A stretch of 64,000 nt of DNA from the sequence record NC_007021.1; one strand, 5' to 3'. Below, piece by piece: positions 27,472 through 35,543 of this stretch. The stretch's first letter is position 1. Every line of letters starts with the position of its first letter. The notes beneath the pieces were generated by a model. The model made no database searches. It was given only the letters and a program-made list of their open reading frames with translations, and was not told the DNA's origin. The position numbers were made by a program, and so were the translations under genes. This DNA is from Staphylococcus phage Twort.

Positions 27472-27625
27472 TTGAACAGTACCTAACAAAAGAATTAAAA
27501 CCCTATGACTTATCTGAACTATTTCATAGTTCATCTAAGCCACTTACTTTCCAAACCTGCAAAGTAAGCAAAGAGGTGGAGGAATAAAACACCTTAAAAC
27601 CGAGGTGTTTTACACCTCCTATTTT
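27472..27625 (+). ncRNA. candidate ~150-nt small RNA (three stem-loops, terminal intrinsic terminator)
   Basis: Hairpins ctatga...tcatag, cttacttt...aaagtaag, terminator taaaacacct-taaaaccg-aggtgtttta then T-rich; only a 19-codon ORF without RBS. Confidence 0.4.
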
Positions 27626-27807
27626 ATTTATTTAGTAAACACAATAATTAATATTATATATAGTAATAAGTATAGTAAGTGTAATAGTAAAAAGGTTTTA
27701 TAGTAAGTATAGATTACTCAAGATTAGTATTAGCATAGCGTAGTGGATTTTTATAATATACTTCTATGTCACGAAAAAACGATTTTCAATTAATTACTCT
27801 TTATCTA

Positions 27808-27836
27808 TTGACACTCATTCCCTTATACCTTATAAT
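27808..27836 (+). promoter_or_regulatory. consensus promoter TTGACA-N17-TATAAT
   Basis: ttgaca 27808-27813, tataat 27831-27836. Confidence 0.65.
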
Positions 27837-27868
27837 TAAACTATATTCAAATAAAGGGAGGAATAATA

Positions 27869-28141
27869 ATGAAAATTGTAGATAAAGGTTATTCAAGAGA
27901 AGAAATGGAAACAACTTGTAATTATGATTATATTAATGGGGAATGGGATATTTACACTACTGTACCAAAACATATTACAAAACTACTTAAACAATATGGA
28001 GATAAGGTAGAAGTATTAGAAAAGATTGATGGAGGAAGAGAAGTAGCAGTCAGGGTTACTATTCAAGAAGATATTATTACATTTAGAAAAGTCCTTACTC
28101 AAGAAGAGAAGGATAAAAAGGCAAAAGGATTAAAGAAATAA
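27869..28141 (+). CDS. hypothetical protein (90 aa)
   Basis: ORF with RBS aagggagg. Confidence 0.5.
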   Translation: MKIVDKGYSREEMETTCNYDYINGEWDIYTTVPKHITKLLKQYGDKVEVLEKIDGGREVAVRVTIQEDIITFRKVLTQEEKDKKAKGLKK

Positions 28142-28327
28142 CGTATTTACTGTTTAAACGACCACTGTAGGTTAAATAAAAAACAAGAATATTTTTCTAA
28201 GGGGTTTTATCCTAGAATACGTTAAGTTAAATAATTACTAAGTAGACAAGTATAAATTTGAGATAAGAAGCGGAATATATTTAGGATAAAACTATAAGTT
28301 CCGCTTCTACTATTAAAAGGAGATGTT

Positions 28328-28528
28328 ATGATGAATATTCAAGAGGCAAAGGATAAGTTGTTTGAATTATTTTTATCAGATTTAAAGAATTATGATAATG
28401 ATGTAATTGATAGTGATTTATGTAAGTTGATTGATGATATGGATGAGTTGTTTGATACACAAAACCTTAGATATACGGATAGTCAAGGAATCGTTTTATT
28501 TATTGAAGATTGGTTAGAGGGTAGATAA
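28328..28528 (+). CDS. hypothetical acidic protein (66 aa)
   Basis: ORF with RBS aaaggagat; N-terminus MMNIQEAKDKLFEL resembles start of 28672..29088 (MNEEQAKDKIYYEL). Confidence 0.45.
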   Translation: MMNIQEAKDKLFELFLSDLKNYDNDVIDSDLCKLIDDMDELFDTQNLRYTDSQGIVLFIEDWLEGR

Positions 28529-28671
28529 CCATAGGATAAATCATTTAAGATAAGTTACCTTGAGATAGTCTTATGATAAAACCCGTAAGATACAATAGGA
28601 TGCAATAGCTTATAGGATGTTAAGATACCTAAGTATAAATTTAAGATTATTATTGAAAAGGAGATTTTTAT

Positions 28672-29088
28672 ATGAATGAAGAACAAGCAAAGGATAAGAT
28701 ATATTATGAGTTACTTTACACAGTACGTGAGTATGGAGGTACAGAAGCGGATTTATTAAAGCTTATTGATAGTTTTAGTTATTTAGATGGTAAAGCTCCC
28801 ATGTTTATGAATCCAGAAATGGAAAGCTACTCAATTGAACAATTTCTTAATGAACAAAAGAGTAACTTAGAAAAGTATTTAGAAGCTCTAGATATAAAAT
28901 ATAATAAAGTAATTGATATTACAGGAGCAGAGTATAAAATATTCGGTGGTAAGTTAGTAATACAAGAAGGAGATAATTATTATACTTTGTCTATCAATGT
29001 AGATAATAGTCATGATATTACCTTATATAAGTTACCTTTTTACTCTATGTTAAGTATTATCATTGACAATAAATACAAATTTCAGTAA
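28672..29088 (+). CDS. hypothetical protein (138 aa)
   Basis: ORF with RBS aaaggagat. Confidence 0.5.
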   Translation: MNEEQAKDKIYYELLYTVREYGGTEADLLKLIDSFSYLDGKAPMFMNPEMESYSIEQFLNEQKSNLEKYLEALDIKYNKVIDITGAEYKIFGGKLVIQEGDNYYTLSINVDNSHDITLYKLPFYSMLSIIIDNKYKFQ

Positions 29089-29099
29089 GTATAAACTAA

Positions 29100-29137
29100 A
29101 GTCCTAGGGTGAAATAAGACACCTAGGACTATTTTCT
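29100..29137 (+). terminator. rho-independent terminator
   Basis: gtcctagg-gtgaaataagaca-cctaggac then TATTTTC. Confidence 0.65.
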
Positions 29138-29282
29138 ATAAGAATCGGTTTTGACTAAGTATAAATTATCTTTCAGAAGTGAATAAGTAGCAAAAATCAC
29201 TAAGTAGCAAAAAACCTTTCTACCCGAAAAATATATAGGGTAGTAGATTTCTAAATATTCTGACAATTTAGACAAAAGGGAG

Positions 29283-29316
29283 AGCGGTCATTGTGACCGC
29301 TTCTATAATTTTTTTA
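29283..29316. terminator. bidirectional terminator
   Basis: agcggtca-ttg-tgaccgct flanked by A-run upstream and T-run downstream; between convergent genes. Confidence 0.6.
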
Positions 29317-29667
29317 TATGATAGTAAACATGTTGTATGTGAACATTTCTTTTTTAGAATTTTCTCTAATACAAGCATTAATTAAACCTTTAATTGTTTT
29401 ATATTCTTTTGTTAATTTTTCATTTCTAATAATATCATATTCAAATTCTTCTAAAGTTGAATCAATATCAAATACAAATTCACTTGTATACACTTCATAA
29501 TACATGTCGTTTGAGTCTTCATAGTCATGTACCTGAAAGTTGTTCACAATGATTCTTGCGCTATCCATGTCGTTATAACGTAGGTAGCTTTGAATTGTTG
29601 CATAAATGTCTTGTGATTCCCATCTTGGTAAATTGTTTAATCCTTTAATTCCGTTAATTGTTTTCAT
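29314..29667 (-). CDS. hypothetical acidic protein (117 aa), leftward gene within otherwise rightward early region
   Basis: Protein-like composition; RBS aaggaa on minus strand; overlapping plus-strand ORF looks spurious. Confidence 0.5.
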   Translation of the reverse strand: MKTINGIKGLNNLPRWESQDIYATIQSYLRYNDMDSARIIVNNFQVHDYEDSNDMYYEVYTSEFVFDIDSTLEEFEYDIIRNEKLTKEYKTIKGLINACIRENSKKEMFTYNMFTII

Positions 29668-29819
29668 AATAAATCAATTCCTTTTTTATAGATTTTTTGT
29701 AGTTGGCTTGTTAGCTCCTCTACATTTATTATAATACAGTAATTGGGAATAAAAGTAAAGCATTTTTTAGGTAAAATTTTACACTTTTAAATAGTCGGAA
29801 TTGTTTTCATATTTAGAAC

Positions 29820-29860
29820 AATTCAGAATTGTCTAACAATTCTGAAAATTTAAACAACTT
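29820..29860. promoter_or_regulatory. overlapping perfect palindromes (operator-like) in divergent promoter region
   Basis: ttcagaattg-tctaa-caattctgaa and nested acaattc-a-gaattgt. Confidence 0.45.
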
Positions 29861-29990
29861 AACTTGTGTCGTGTTTCTTCTATATAATAGGAATAAAAAG
29901 AAATTTAAAAAAATTTACCAAAAAGGGTTTACAAACTTCTGGGGCTATGTTATTCTAATTATAGAAAGTTAATCAAGGGAGGAAAAACAA

Positions 29991-30194
29991 ATGAAACAAG
30001 CACAAGCAATTAAAAAATTTATCGAATTACGTAAGGAACTAAAAGAAGAAGGGTACACAATTAGTAAACAACAATTGTTGTCTAATATGGAAATATACCA
30101 CTTAAATTTAAAAATAGATTCACAAATTGAATGGTTTCTAGAAACACCAAACAATGAAATAATAGAAGAAATGAAAGACTTGGGGGATTTATAA
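29991..30194 (+). CDS. hypothetical protein (67 aa)
   Basis: ORF with RBS aagggagg. Confidence 0.5.
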   Translation: MKQAQAIKKFIELRKELKEEGYTISKQQLLSNMEIYHLNLKIDSQIEWFLETPNNEIIEEMKDLGDL

Positions 30195-30195
30195 A

Positions 30196-30348
30196 ATGAT
30201 TAGATTTAAATGGAAAAACAAAACAATCAAAAGCACGGAAAAAACGGATAATATTCTTATTAGTCTAGGGGCTTGCACAATAACGGGAATTGTGTTAAAG
30301 TTAATACAGTTACAATTTACATTACCACTTGAAACGTGGTTACGATAA
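30196..30348 (+). CDS. small protein (~50 aa), not in ORF track
   Basis: ATG overlapping upstream stop; MIRFKWKNKTIKSTEK... Confidence 0.3.
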   Translation: MIRFKWKNKTIKSTEKTDNILISLGACTITGIVLKLIQLQFTLPLETWLR

Positions 30349-30554
30349 GAAAGGAATTGATATTTATGATTATGACAGTAGGACGAGCTAAAGAATACGG
30401 AAACAAAATGGTTGAGCTAGGACATTGTGACCTTGCAGGGCAATGGTTCGATATTGCAGACGACATTCGAGTTATTGGTGTTGAATGTTTTAATAAAGAT
30501 TGGTTAAAACAAAAAGAAAAAGAAACATTAGAAATTATTAAAGAGGGAAAATAA
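30336..30554 (+). CDS. hypothetical protein (72 aa)
   Basis: ORF overlapping upstream. Confidence 0.45.
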   Translation: MVTIRKELIFMIMTVGRAKEYGNKMVELGHCDLAGQWFDIADDIRVIGVECFNKDWLKQKEKETLEIIKEGK

Positions 30555-30568
30555 TCCCTCTTTTTTAT
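30542..30568 (+). terminator. rho-independent terminator
   Basis: agaggga-aaataa-tccctct then T6. Confidence 0.75.
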
Positions 30569-30716
30569 TTGTTTAAAATGAAATTATATAAAAAATATAA
30601 TTAATAATTTACGGGGGTATATAGTATGCAACATAATAAGGGTACGCTTATTATTTGCTATGGGGTCTAGTTGGGGTACTATAGATTTGGCATATTTATA
30701 GGGGTTTAATTACAGA

Positions 30717-30808
30717 AGTCAACACCCATAGTATTTATGCACATAATAGTCAACATACCTATTATAAAGTCAACATAAATAATGTCTATTCTATTATAAA
30801 AGTCAACT
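30717..30808. repeat. four direct AGTCAAC(A/T) iterons
   Basis: Copies at 30717-30724, 30748-30755, 30768-30775, 30801-30808 (spacing 31, 20, 33 bp). Confidence 0.7.
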
Positions 30809-30815
30809 AATAAAC

Positions 30816-30844
30816 TTGACATCTTTTACTTGTGTGTTTATAGT
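30816..30844 (+). promoter_or_regulatory. orphan consensus promoter TTGACA-N17-TATAGT pointing into the convergent terminator
   Basis: ttgaca 30816-30821, tatagt 30839-30844; no ORF downstream. Confidence 0.5.
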
Positions 30845-30920
30845 ATATTCATTAAGAGTAGCTCTATCTATAGAACTTTATATATAGGTTACCTTATAAG
30901 TATATTTATGTATCTGCTTT

Positions 30921-30949
30921 ATTATAATAAAAAGGAGTAGATTATTATA
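30921..30949 (-). terminator. terminator hairpin for the leftward operon (T-run on minus strand)
   Basis: aggagtag-attattata-ctactcct; TTTT follows on the minus strand. Confidence 0.55.
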
Positions 30950-31123
30950 CTACTCCTTAAATATAATTACTTGTTATTTACTTAAATCTCTTTCTAGCTC
31001 CTTTACACGTTTCCACGACTCAATCCAATTGACTTTTAAATCATAGATAATAACCACCTCCCTAATTGCTTATATATCTAGTATACAGGATAGTATATAG
31101 GATAGTATTTAGAATGTCAATAA

Positions 31124-31726
31124 TTATTCGAAAGATTCTTCTATAATTTCTAGTAATGTATTACATTCAATTCTATCTAATTCATTATAAGATTTTAACT
31201 GATAGTAGCAATTGTATACAATTTCATCAAAGGCTTTTGCTTTTTTTTCTTGTAGAGTGGGCTGTATATTCATTGTAGTTTCATTATCCGTTTCCTTTCT
31301 AGGTTCTTCTAAAAATTCTTTAGCATTTTCCTTACCTATAGTTACTTCTAGTATATTATAATAATAATCGGTCTTTTGGTTTAAGTTGTAATTATCATTG
31401 TAATCATTCCAATCCACGTAGATATATTCATGTGTTTTATCCTCGTAGATAATATCTATAGCTGTAATGTCATGGAAGTTTTCTACTCTCTCGTACACTG
31501 TAATCTCTCCGTCTAGGCTATCAAAAGTTAACTCTTTCGGGTTATTGATAAGAAGTCCTAAGTGGCTACAATGTTTTGTTTTATCTGTGTAGAAATTTCC
31601 TTCTGAAGAGGGTTGAGATGTAAAGGTTTCCGTAATTCCTTCTATATATAAGTAGTCAATATCTTTTGGAGCTAGACGAATAACATCACAATTTTCTAAT
31701 ACTAAATCAATATAATTTATATTCAT
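31124..31726 (-). CDS. hypothetical protein (200 aa)
   Basis: ORF with RBS aggagg on minus strand. Confidence 0.55.
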   Translation of the reverse strand: MNINYIDLVLENCDVIRLAPKDIDYLYIEGITETFTSQPSSEGNFYTDKTKHCSHLGLLINNPKELTFDSLDGEITVYERVENFHDITAIDIIYEDKTHEYIYVDWNDYNDNYNLNQKTDYYYNILEVTIGKENAKEFLEEPRKETDNETTMNIQPTLQEKKAKAFDEIVYNCYYQLKSYNELDRIECNTLLEIIEESFE

Positions 31727-31785
31727 AGTAATTTTCCTCCTAATTCCATAATGATGGTAAAATGATTTTAAAGTTATTTAAAATC

Positions 31786-32040
31786 CTATTTTTTATGTTT
31801 ACTTAGTTCTTTTAATACATGATTTTTTATCTTACTGTTTTTACGTTTATCTTCCATTACCTTTTCAGTATAGTTAGTGAAATCCTGAAAGTCTTTATTT
31901 ATCTTTACTTCAAACTCTTTAAATTCTTCTCTATCTTTCTTTACAAGTTTACACATTAATACAAAGAATACTGTATATAGAATAGAGATTATAATGAGTA
32001 CTATGATTGCTACCATACCTAAAGATACTAAATTACCCAT
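31786..32040 (-). CDS. membrane-anchored protein (N-terminal TM)
   Basis: LGMVAIIVLIIISILYTVFFVLM hydrophobic. Confidence 0.5.
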   Translation of the reverse strand: MGNLVSLGMVAIIVLIIISILYTVFFVLMCKLVKKDREEFKEFEVKINKDFQDFTNYTEKVMEDKRKNSKIKNHVLKELSKHKK

Positions 32041-32121
32041 AATTATTCCTCCTTTAAATTAATTATAGTGTATATTGGAAAGTATGTCAATAGGTAAATA
32101 AAAAACTAAGGAAAAAATTCC

Positions 32122-32343
32122 TTAGTCCTCTATCGTTAGTTCATGAATCCTAACTACATCTATACCGATTACAAAATCTTTAACAAATTGTTGCCCAAAG
32201 AAAGAGTCTTGTTCTTCTTCATATCCTTCTTCTGTAAGTCTTTGAACAAGTTTTTCTTTATCTTTATAGACCTTATCTTCCCTATAGTGATAATTTTCTT
32301 CATAAGGTTCACAATTGTCATGCTCTACTTGATATAGTTTCAT
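32122..32343 (-). CDS. hypothetical acidic protein (73 aa)
   Basis: ORF. Confidence 0.45.
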   Translation of the reverse strand: MKLYQVEHDNCEPYEENYHYREDKVYKDKEKLVQRLTEEGYEEEQDSFFGQQFVKDFVIGIDVVRIHELTIED

Positions 32344-32353
32344 AATATTTACC

Positions 32354-32725
32354 TCACTTAATATCTTTAATTAATTCTTTGATTAGTTGTAAGGTAGGTT
32401 CTTGGTCTACATCTACAACTAATGTATCTAACTTCTCTAATACTTTTTCTTTTATATACTTATTCTCTTTTGCAGGTTCTACAAGCTCTATAATCTTATC
32501 TAACTTTTCTTCAAATATGCGATTGTTTTGATTTGTTGTTTTACAAAAATCACCTAAGATAAAGCTATTTACATAGTCAGTCTCTTTACTAACATCGTAA
32601 ATATATGAAACTTTATAATTAATGTCATTTACCGTTCTTCTGGTAGACTCTGAAGATGTATATAATTCTTTAACTTTATAAAATGTGTCGGATATATATT
32701 TAGCATATGTTTCATTAAACTTCAT
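32354..32725 (-). CDS. hypothetical protein (123 aa)
   Basis: ORF; overlaps upstream gene end. Confidence 0.5.
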   Translation of the reverse strand: MKFNETYAKYISDTFYKVKELYTSSESTRRTVNDINYKVSYIYDVSKETDYVNSFILGDFCKTTNQNNRIFEEKLDKIIELVEPAKENKYIKEKVLEKLDTLVVDVDQEPTLQLIKELIKDIK

Positions 32726-35018
32726 ATAAAAATTCCTTTCTTAGCCCTACAATATTGTCCCTATTTTCTTTTAGATAATTTTTATCTTGCTTTTCTAGCC
32801 AATAGTAGAATTCTCTTAGGGTTTTATCTTTTTGTAGGATATATTGTTTAGGTCTATTTCCACTAGACTTAGCTACAGAAGAAATTAAACCTCTCATATA
32901 CTTCCAGTTGTTATAATATTCTAATTTTTGTTTGACCATAAATTTATTGCTGTCCTCAAAGACATAACCTTCAATTTCTTCCTTGTTATCCTCTGTAACA
33001 AAGTTATAGAACTCTACCCATGTATTTAAAGTAGTAACTTGTTTTTTGTAAGGTAATCCTAAGTACTGTGCTGTAGATTTTACTTCTTTGTAAGGAAGTT
33101 TATTAAACTGTAATTCATTCTTAATAATGTCGAGTAAAACAATTTTGTTTTCGTTGTATTCTATGATATGGGGGTCGTTTTCAATATCAATAACCTCAAA
33201 TACAAATGTGGAGTTAGAATATTTTAATGTTTCTTTTAAAGTATTTAAGTCAATTTTTGAATTTTCTACAATGGTTTTAAACATTAGCGCATATTCATTG
33301 TCTTTAGATAAATGAGTGCTAGATTTGCTTGCGTAGATAATCTCATCTCTCTTTTCGTCATAGAACATTAAGCCTAAGAAACCATTTTCTTTTTCATAAA
33401 CATCTACTGGGAATGATAAAGTGTCAGGCAAGTTTTCTAACTTAGTTTCGTTCATTTCATTGATGTTGAAAAATTTAGGATACCCTCTTCCTACAACTGT
33501 ATGGTCATCTTCTCTAATAAACAGTCCTCTTGCGGTAACAGATAATTGGTTCCAGTTCTTTTTAGTAAAGGCATGTTTAGTAAAATTGACGGATACAATA
33601 TCATCATGAGTAGGTTTTACTTTAATTGTTTTTCTATCCTCTTTTGCAATATTTAAATAGGTTTCTACAGTTAGCTCTGGGTCTATTTCTTTTAAATGGT
33701 CTCTAGTATCTAATAACAATTTTTCATTATATACTGGGTTTTTGATTTCGTGAGGCATGATAGAGTTATCTTCATCAATAGTAACAGCTCTTAAGTGTCC
33801 TCCTTTTTCTACACGTCCTTCTAGGTTAATAGAGTCTTTATACGTGTCTAAAGGTTGTCTGTATAAGTTTCTATGACCATGAATCTGTATAGTGTCAGAA
33901 TTATCCCATTCAGAATCAATATCAAATTCATAACCGCCAACACCATTAATAATTTGGTGAGTTGATACCATATTTAAATTATCTAACATTTGAGGCATAA
34001 TACCACCATGTGTTATTACATAATCCTGTCCTTTATATGTGAAATATGCAAGTTGTTGTAATTTTTCTACTACGGTCTTAATTCTTTTTTGTGTAATACC
34101 AAACTTAATAAAACTTCTAAGAGTTGAAATAAAACCCCTAGCTCGAAACACTTTCATTGCCTTATTGAAAAACTCATCTTTATCTTCATAAATATCTGTT
34201 AATTCTTCGAGTTCCTGATTATCTAAGTAGATAAAGTTTCTTAGATGTCGTTCGTGATTGCCCTCTAATAAAATAACATTTGGCTGTTTACAAATCAATT
34301 CTAGGTATTCAAAAACTTCTTTTGTTTCTATCCCTCTATCGAAATAATCTCCAACAAAAATAAATAATTCATTTGGATTATCTAAAATTTTATTTACGGA
34401 AGCAAAAGCAGATAAAACTGTAAAGCATGAATGAACGTCTCCAATTACATGAATCTTATTGTAGTGGTCGACCTTCATAAAATCTTTATCCCATTTTAAT
34501 GTATCTAATAAGTTATCTTTATCTACACTCTTAGCATAGCTTGGGATATTTTCATGTTGCAATCTATCATACATATTTTCAATAACTTCTTCTGGGACTT
34601 GCTTATGAGACTCTCTGTTTTTATTTCTTTCTAATAAAGTATCTAAGTCCTCTTCCAATGTTACAACATAAGTTCTATATCGGTATTTTCTTGCAAGTTT
34701 TTCATATTTTTTGATTAGTTTACTTGTTGAGTGAGTAGCATCAATAACAGTAAAATCTCCACGAATCATACGCTGTTCTAAAATTTCAAGTAAAAGTGTC
34801 CATATATAATTATCATTTTCTTGTGTAGTTACTTGTTGTCCTTTTGTGTTGTAAACTGGTGAGCCACATTGCGTTCTTAAAACATCTGGAGAAAGCGTGA
34901 ATTGTTCTAGTCCATTTTCTTTGATGTAGGTGGATTTACCTACACCAGGAACTCCCCGTAAAAGTACTAATTGTCTCATATTAACAGTCCTCCCTACCTT
35001 CTTTGAGATAGTTCTCAT
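32715..35018 (-). CDS. trifunctional Pnkp-like RNA repair enzyme: P-loop polynucleotide kinase + calcineurin-type phosphoesterase + nucleotidyltransferase (RNA ligase) domain
   Basis: Walker A LLRGVPGVGKST; metallophosphatase motifs GDVHS, GDYFDRG, GNHE; ligase motifs KENG (I), FVFEVID (III), EGYVFE (IV), KFMVKQK (V). Confidence 0.7.
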   Translation of the reverse strand: MRTISKKVGRTVNMRQLVLLRGVPGVGKSTYIKENGLEQFTLSPDVLRTQCGSPVYNTKGQQVTTQENDNYIWTLLLEILEQRMIRGDFTVIDATHSTSKLIKKYEKLARKYRYRTYVVTLEEDLDTLLERNKNRESHKQVPEEVIENMYDRLQHENIPSYAKSVDKDNLLDTLKWDKDFMKVDHYNKIHVIGDVHSCFTVLSAFASVNKILDNPNELFIFVGDYFDRGIETKEVFEYLELICKQPNVILLEGNHERHLRNFIYLDNQELEELTDIYEDKDEFFNKAMKVFRARGFISTLRSFIKFGITQKRIKTVVEKLQQLAYFTYKGQDYVITHGGIMPQMLDNLNMVSTHQIINGVGGYEFDIDSEWDNSDTIQIHGHRNLYRQPLDTYKDSINLEGRVEKGGHLRAVTIDEDNSIMPHEIKNPVYNEKLLLDTRDHLKEIDPELTVETYLNIAKEDRKTIKVKPTHDDIVSVNFTKHAFTKKNWNQLSVTARGLFIREDDHTVVGRGYPKFFNINEMNETKLENLPDTLSFPVDVYEKENGFLGLMFYDEKRDEIIYASKSSTHLSKDNEYALMFKTIVENSKIDLNTLKETLKYSNSTFVFEVIDIENDPHIIEYNENKIVLLDIIKNELQFNKLPYKEVKSTAQYLGLPYKKQVTTLNTWVEFYNFVTEDNKEEIEGYVFEDSNKFMVKQKLEYYNNWKYMRGLISSVAKSSGNRPKQYILQKDKTLREFYYWLEKQDKNYLKENRDNIVGLRKEFLYEV

Positions 35019-35286
35019 ATTTTTTCTTTAAAGCAGGATTTTTGCTAGATAATATAAATTCAAGTATCTCTTTATCCGTGAAAATTTTTGTATATTCTTC
35101 TTCCCATTCTACATCTTTATAATTGTGTTCTCCTGTTTCTTCAAGATTGTTTAAAGCCATCTCAGCATATATCTTCGCATCAATTAACCATCTTGTATAC
35201 ATGCTTGAAGGGTCTAAAAACTTTATTTGATTTTCATAATTAATAATATCTGTTTTTAATTTAAGTTTTGCTTGTTCTTTATTCAT
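34981..35286 (-). CDS. hypothetical protein (101 aa)
   Basis: ORF between phosphatase and Pnkp-like gene. Confidence 0.5.
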   Translation of the reverse strand: MNKEQAKLKLKTDIINYENQIKFLDPSSMYTRWLIDAKIYAEMALNNLEETGEHNYKDVEWEEEYTKIFTDKEILEFILSSKNPALKKKYENYLKEGREDC

Positions 35287-35543
35287 TATAGCACCTCATA
35301 CGTTTTATGGAATATTTCAGGTTTAACTGGATAGAATTCACCATGTACGCCTTGGACAATATAATCATTCAATCTAGCCTCTAAATTGCCTTCTAAAGTT
35401 TTTATAATTAAATACCCTTGATGCCTTGAAACGCAATACCTAACTTGACCATTAGACCAATTCTCTATTTCTTCTGCACTTTCCAAATCTGTAAACTGAA
35501 CAAATTCAATTTCTACTGGTTTCTTCCTAGCTTTCTGAATCAT
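35286..35543 (-). CDS. hypothetical protein (85 aa)
   Basis: ORF. Confidence 0.5.
   Translation of the reverse strand: MIQKARKKPVEIEFVQFTDLESAEEIENWSNGQVRYCVSRHQGYLIIKTLEGNLEARLNDYIVQGVHGEFYPVKPEIFHKTYEVL

Noticed and set aside
30859-30965. Independent plus-strand sRNA gene ending at hairpin 30923-30947
   Set aside because: The hairpin is followed by TTTT on the minus strand, not the plus strand. It is therefore the terminator of the leftward operon. The plus-strand promoter at 30816 more likely yields an antisense or readthrough transcript, which is kept as a finding, and not a discrete terminated sRNA.
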